A stretch of 64,000 nt of DNA, taken from NCBI GenBank assembly GCA_965205975.1, contig OZ242195.1, positions 3,488,001 to 3,552,000 on the forward strand, in the 5' to 3' direction. Below, in pieces: positions 59,725-64,000 of the stretch. The notes beneath the pieces are model-generated. The model worked only from the letters and a program-made list of their open reading frames with translations. It ran no database searches and was not told the DNA's origin. The position numbers and the translations under genes are program-made. This DNA comes from Candidatus Latescibacterota bacterium (GTDB lineage Bacteria > Latescibacterota > UBA2968). Within the stretch, counting starts at the first letter, position 1; each line of letters opens with the position of its first letter.

Positions 59725-61704
59725 TTGGCCGAAGAACTGCAATCAGACCCAACAGGTGAACCTGCAAAAGGCATAACACTCCGCTCGGTTGCCCTGGGCA
59801 TTGGGATCGTAATCTTCATCAACCTGTGGGTGACGTATGCCGAGACCGTGGTAAAAACCTCTCGCCTGAACCTGAGCGTATTTCAAATAACGCTCCTCGC
59901 CATTTTCATCATCCTGATCGGGGTAGTCAACCCCCTGATCAAATCTGTAAATCGCCGCTACGCCTTTGCCCCCGCCGAATTGCTATCCGTCGTCGCCATT
60001 GGCATCGTCGGCTGCGTCGTGCCCACATCCGGCATCACCGGATTTCTGATCGGGGTAATTTCCACCCCCTTTTATTTTGCCACGCCCGAAAACGGATGGG
60101 CCGAGTACTATCACCCTAATCTCAATTCGTGGGTAGTACCCACCAATCAGGAGGCTGTACGCGCATTTTACGAGGGCTTATTGCCCGGTAACCCTATCCC
60201 CTATCGCGTGTGGCTGGCACCACTCGCGTGGTGGGGCAGTCTGGTGGTAGCCGTATTTGCCGTTTCCGCCACACTAATGATTATCTTGCGAAAACAATGG
60301 GTAGAATACGAAAAACTCGCCTATCCCATCGCCGCCGTACCCATTGAAATGTCGCAAGATGCCCTCTCTGCGCGTCTTCTCCCCGCATTCATGCGCGGCC
60401 CCATGTTCTGGATTGCAGCGGCTATACCATTTTTGATTTTTGTCTGGCACTCCCTGTCATGGGCATACCCGCTCCTGCCCAGCATCGGCATCCTTCCACA
60501 CGGGGGATATTTCCGCTTCACGCGCTATTCGCCGGGCATGTACATTCAACCCATGCAATTTTTGACCATCGGCTTTGCGTACTTTGCCAATACACAGGTC
60601 CTATTCTCAGTCTGGTTTTTCTTTTTACTCCACGTCCTGGAAGGGGGCATTTTTAACCGCCTGGGCTATCAGATCGAGCGATCAACCGATTCATTCAGCG
60701 CAGACCCGCCCACCGAAGCCTGGCAGTGTTTTGGCGCACTCGCCTGTCTCGTAGTGTGGCGACTGTGGGTCGCGCGGCGGCATCTGCGCGATGTCGTCCT
60801 CAAAGCACTCGACAAAAATCATCCGGTAGATGACCGCGGTGAAATACTTTCCTACCGGTCCGCAGTTCTAATTTTGTCGTGTAGCCTCATCTACGTCTTA
60901 TTCTGGCTCCTGCAAATAGGGATGGACCTGAGCACCGCATTGATTTTTATGTCCGGCGTCGCCGTCATTTACATCGGCATTGCGCGCGTGGTATCCGAGG
61001 CAGGCGTCGTGTATTCTGGCGCCACGGTGACGCCGCAGGCATTTGTCATGGACCTGCGCGGCACCCACGTCATATCCGGAAGCAGCATGACAGCCATCGC
61101 ATTGTCCTACTCCCTCATCGATTATATGCGCGGACTATTCACTCCGGCACTGGCTCAATCGATCAAATTGGGCGACCTGATTCGCGGCAACCGCCGTCTG
61201 TTATTCTATTGCGTGGGCATCGGCGTGCTCGCCGGATTTGTTTCTTCGGTATGGCTCATGCTCTATCTGGGCTATTCTTACGGAGCATACAATTTTCCGC
61301 GCTTCCCCTTCTTCAGCGGCGACCCAAAAGGCATCTACGGATCAACCCTTACGATGATGCGAACGCCCAAAGCACCCGACCCCAACCGCATCATTTTTTT
61401 CGCCATTGGCGCGGGCGCAATGGCCCTGTTGACATTCTTGAGATACCGATTTTCCTGGTGGCCCATCAACCCCATCGGCCTGACCATCTCCGCTGCCGAT
61501 AACACGGCATCTCTGGTCATGCCCGTATTCATCGCCTGGGTATGCAAATCCTCTTTGCTCCGCATCGGCGGCGTGAACCTCTATCGGAAAGCCATGCCCC
61601 TATTCCTGGGCCTGCTCGTCGGCTATACCGCTGGCGTCGCCTGGTCATTTCTCGTCGATGCAATCTGGTGGCCCGGCCAGGGGCATTCAGTTCACTGGTG
61701 GTAA
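59725..61704 (+). CDS. DUF6785/DUF6784-like multi-pass membrane protein (putative transporter)
   Basis: Many TM segments; RKQWVEYEKL.YP, WWPINPIG, PLFLGL.VG; TTG start after AGGAG. Confidence 0.7.
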   Translation: MAEELQSDPTGEPAKGITLRSVALGIGIVIFINLWVTYAETVVKTSRLNLSVFQITLLAIFIILIGVVNPLIKSVNRRYAFAPAELLSVVAIGIVGCVVPTSGITGFLIGVISTPFYFATPENGWAEYYHPNLNSWVVPTNQEAVRAFYEGLLPGNPIPYRVWLAPLAWWGSLVVAVFAVSATLMIILRKQWVEYEKLAYPIAAVPIEMSQDALSARLLPAFMRGPMFWIAAAIPFLIFVWHSLSWAYPLLPSIGILPHGGYFRFTRYSPGMYIQPMQFLTIGFAYFANTQVLFSVWFFFLLHVLEGGIFNRLGYQIERSTDSFSADPPTEAWQCFGALACLVVWRLWVARRHLRDVVLKALDKNHPVDDRGEILSYRSAVLILSCSLIYVLFWLLQIGMDLSTALIFMSGVAVIYIGIARVVSEAGVVYSGATVTPQAFVMDLRGTHVISGSSMTAIALSYSLIDYMRGLFTPALAQSIKLGDLIRGNRRLLFYCVGIGVLAGFVSSVWLMLYLGYSYGAYNFPRFPFFSGDPKGIYGSTLTMMRTPKAPDPNRIIFFAIGAGAMALLTFLRYRFSWWPINPIGLTISAADNTASLVMPVFIAWVCKSSLLRIGGVNLYRKAMPLFLGLLVGYTAGVAWSFLVDAIWWPGQGHSVHWW

Positions 61705-61714
61705 AGGCGCTGAA

Positions 61715-63700
61715 ATGGCAATACAAACTGATTTTGTACACGAAACCGATCCCCAACAAGAAAAGGGCCTGACAGTCCGCTCGGTGGGTCTTGCACTGGG
61801 CGCAGTGGTCTTCATCAACCTGTGGGTGACCTATGCCGAAACCGTAGTGCATGCATCCAGACTGAACCTGAGCTTTTTTCAGCTCACATTGATGGCCGTA
61901 TTTGTCTTGCTGGTCGCAGCCGTCAACCCGATCTTGAAACTCCTGGGATCGCATCGCGCGTTTTCGCCCTCAGAACTGCTGGCAATTGCGGCAATCGGCA
62001 TGGTGGGGGGTGTGGTACCCGCTTCGGGCGTAACCGGATTTCTCATCGGCGTCATTTCCACGCCAATCTATTTTGCCACACCCGAAAATCGATGGGGCGA
62101 ATTCTATCATCCCAATCTCGACTCGTGGGTCGTACCCATAGACCCCGAAGCCCTGCGCATGTTCTACGAAGGCTTGCCACCCGGCGCGTCCATGCCCTGG
62201 GAAGTATGGCTGATGCCCCTGCTGTGGTGGGCGAGCTTTATCGTCGCAGTATTCGCGCTCTCAGCCAGCATGATGGTCATTTTGCGCAAGCAATGGGCAG
62301 AACACGAAAAACTGGTCTATCCCCTCGTGGCCGTCCCCCTGGAAATGGCGCAAGATTCGCGATCAAAAAAGTTGTTACCGGGATTTATGCGAGGCAAGCT
62401 ATTCTGGATCATGGCCGCGATACCATTTTTGTTATTCTTGTGGAATTCCCTATCCTGGTTTTACCCGCTCATGCCCGGAATCGGGATCTTTCCCCACGCC
62501 GGAAAGTTTAATTTTACGCGGTATTCTCCCCACGTCTATCTGGAACCCCTGAACCTGTTTACCATTGGCTTTGCGTACTTTGCCAACACACAGGTATTGT
62601 TTTCCGTCTGGTTTTTCTTCTTATTACACGTAGTAGAAGGCGGCATATTCAACCGCCTGGGCTACCAGATAGCCAGATCAACCGACTCGTTCAGCGCCGA
62701 CCCGCCCACCGAAGCCTATCAGTGCTTTGGCGCGCTGGCGTGCCTGGTCGTATGGCGATTGTGGGTCGCGCGGTGGCATTTGCGAGACGTCTTCCTCAAA
62801 GCATTTAGAAAAGCGTATCCCGCCGACGACTCCCGGGAAGTACTGGCCTACCGCACAGTGGTCTTTGTATTTTTAGTGAGCCTGTCTTTTGTGCTCTTCT
62901 GGCTCTGCCGCATCGGCATGGACATAACAACCGCACTCGTCTTTCTATGTGCGCTATCCATAATCTATATCGGTCTGGCACGGGTCGTATCAGAAGCCGG
63001 GATGGTGTATTCGGGCGCCACAGTAACGCCACAGGCATTTGTCATGGACATGCGCGGCACACAAGTCATGTCCGCGGGTAGCCTTACCGGCATTGCCCTA
63101 TCGTATTCCATTGTCGATTACATGAGGGGACTATTTACGCCCGGCGTGGCACAGTCCATCAAAATGGGAGAACTTATCCAGGGCAACCGCCGCGCATTGT
63201 TATTCTGGGCTGGCATAAGCGTCTTGCTGGGACTGGCCGCATCCGTATTTTACACCCTGCACCTGGGCTATTCTCACGGCGCGTACAACTTCCCGCGCTT
63301 CCCCTTTTTCAGCGGCGATCCAAAAGGCATCTACGGATCAACGCTAACCATGATGCACACGCCCAAAGCACCTGACGGCGAGCGCATGGTCTTCTTTGCA
63401 ATTGGAGCGGGCCTGATGGCATTGTTGACCTTCTTGCGCTACCGGTTCCCGGGCTGGCCCCTGCATCCCATCGGACTCACGCTATCGGCTGCCGATAATA
63501 CTGCCCACCTCGTCATGCCGGTCTTCATCGCCTGGGCGTGCAAATCTATCATCATGGCCGTCGGCGGTGTAAACCTCTACCGCCGCTCCAAACCCGCGTT
63601 TCTCGGCCTCCTCGTGGGCTATACAGCCGGAGTGGTACTGTCATTCCTCATCGACGCGCTGTGGTGGCCGGGAGAAGGGCATCTGGTGCACTACTGGTAG
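61715..63700 (+). CDS. Tandem paralog of the DUF6785-like membrane protein
   Basis: Colinear and highly similar to the preceding CDS (e.g. STDSFSADPPTEA, YNFPRFPFFSGDPKGIYGSTLTMM). Confidence 0.7.
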   Translation: MAIQTDFVHETDPQQEKGLTVRSVGLALGAVVFINLWVTYAETVVHASRLNLSFFQLTLMAVFVLLVAAVNPILKLLGSHRAFSPSELLAIAAIGMVGGVVPASGVTGFLIGVISTPIYFATPENRWGEFYHPNLDSWVVPIDPEALRMFYEGLPPGASMPWEVWLMPLLWWASFIVAVFALSASMMVILRKQWAEHEKLVYPLVAVPLEMAQDSRSKKLLPGFMRGKLFWIMAAIPFLLFLWNSLSWFYPLMPGIGIFPHAGKFNFTRYSPHVYLEPLNLFTIGFAYFANTQVLFSVWFFFLLHVVEGGIFNRLGYQIARSTDSFSADPPTEAYQCFGALACLVVWRLWVARWHLRDVFLKAFRKAYPADDSREVLAYRTVVFVFLVSLSFVLFWLCRIGMDITTALVFLCALSIIYIGLARVVSEAGMVYSGATVTPQAFVMDMRGTQVMSAGSLTGIALSYSIVDYMRGLFTPGVAQSIKMGELIQGNRRALLFWAGISVLLGLAASVFYTLHLGYSHGAYNFPRFPFFSGDPKGIYGSTLTMMHTPKAPDGERMVFFAIGAGLMALLTFLRYRFPGWPLHPIGLTLSAADNTAHLVMPVFIAWACKSIIMAVGGVNLYRRSKPAFLGLLVGYTAGVVLSFLIDALWWPGEGHLVHYW

Positions 63701-63837
63701 AAGTGTGAAGTAAGAAGTGTGAAGTGTGAAAAAAAGAAGACAGCGATGAAGGCAGAAGGATCTTTAGCTCACGAGTGGAGCGCGTAGGAATAGAGATAAC
63801 TCAGTGCGATTCTGAGTCCGGGTCTCCAGATGGGATA

Positions 63838-63999
63838 TCAGGCGGCATAGATTTCTTTCCCTTCTTCTAAGATGCTATAATAGATTAGTCCGATATTATT
63901 TTTGTGTCTCTCAAGATCTTCAGGTGTTGCAACCAGAATATCAAAAGGGACGCCAAGTCCGCGAATCTCTCGATAGAGATGCTGCGCTGTTCTTCGTCT
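63838..63999 (-). CDS. 3' part of minimal nucleotidyltransferase (MNT) antitoxin (runs off window)
   Basis: RRRTAQHLYREIRGLGVPFDILVATPE...ILEEGKEIYAA*. Confidence 0.7.
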   Translation of the reverse strand, partial: RRRTAQHLYREIRGLGVPFDILVATPEDLERHKNNIGLIYYSILEEGKEIYAA

Positions 64000-64000
64000 G

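Overview
Bacterial window, 64 kb. Its gene content (several sulfatases, TonB receptor/PorV cassettes, GWxTD, DUF1552/DUF1592 and DUF6785 proteins) suggests an FCB/Latescibacterota-like organism, which is inference only. 1-11.8 kb is a type III-B CRISPR-Cas locus. It holds the cmr3 3' end, a CARF(APE2256)-RelE-like effector, cmr4-5-6, a 5'-truncated second CARF gene and a 39-spacer array with a 37-bp repeat. After the array come a solitary repeat, a second leader with a one-spacer mini-array, and a TPR-primase-polymerase (CAPP)-cas1-cas2 module. The mini-array spacer is a 38/38 match, exact to both spacer boundaries, to a REP-containing intergenic site at 17993-18030 just upstream of a K+ channel gene. 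11.8-21 kb carries a glycosyltransferase, three sulfatases, a flavin reductase, the K+ channel and a GH-like protein. 21-25.4 kb is an arg operon in which ArgR has an antitoxin-like tail coupled to a PIN toxin gene, and a GNAT pseudogene lies between argC and argB. 25-34 kb has an S9 peptidase, a FabV-like protein, a beta-CASP RNase with KH-like repeats, Uma2, a TPR-PPIase, and a GIY-YIG gene preceded by 56-bp tandem hairpin repeats. 34-64 kb has two GWxTD-TPR proteins, two TonB receptor-cargo-PorV cassettes, DUF1552/DUF1592, tandem DUF6785 membrane proteins and an MNT fragment. Family assignments come from motif recognition by eye; no searches were run.
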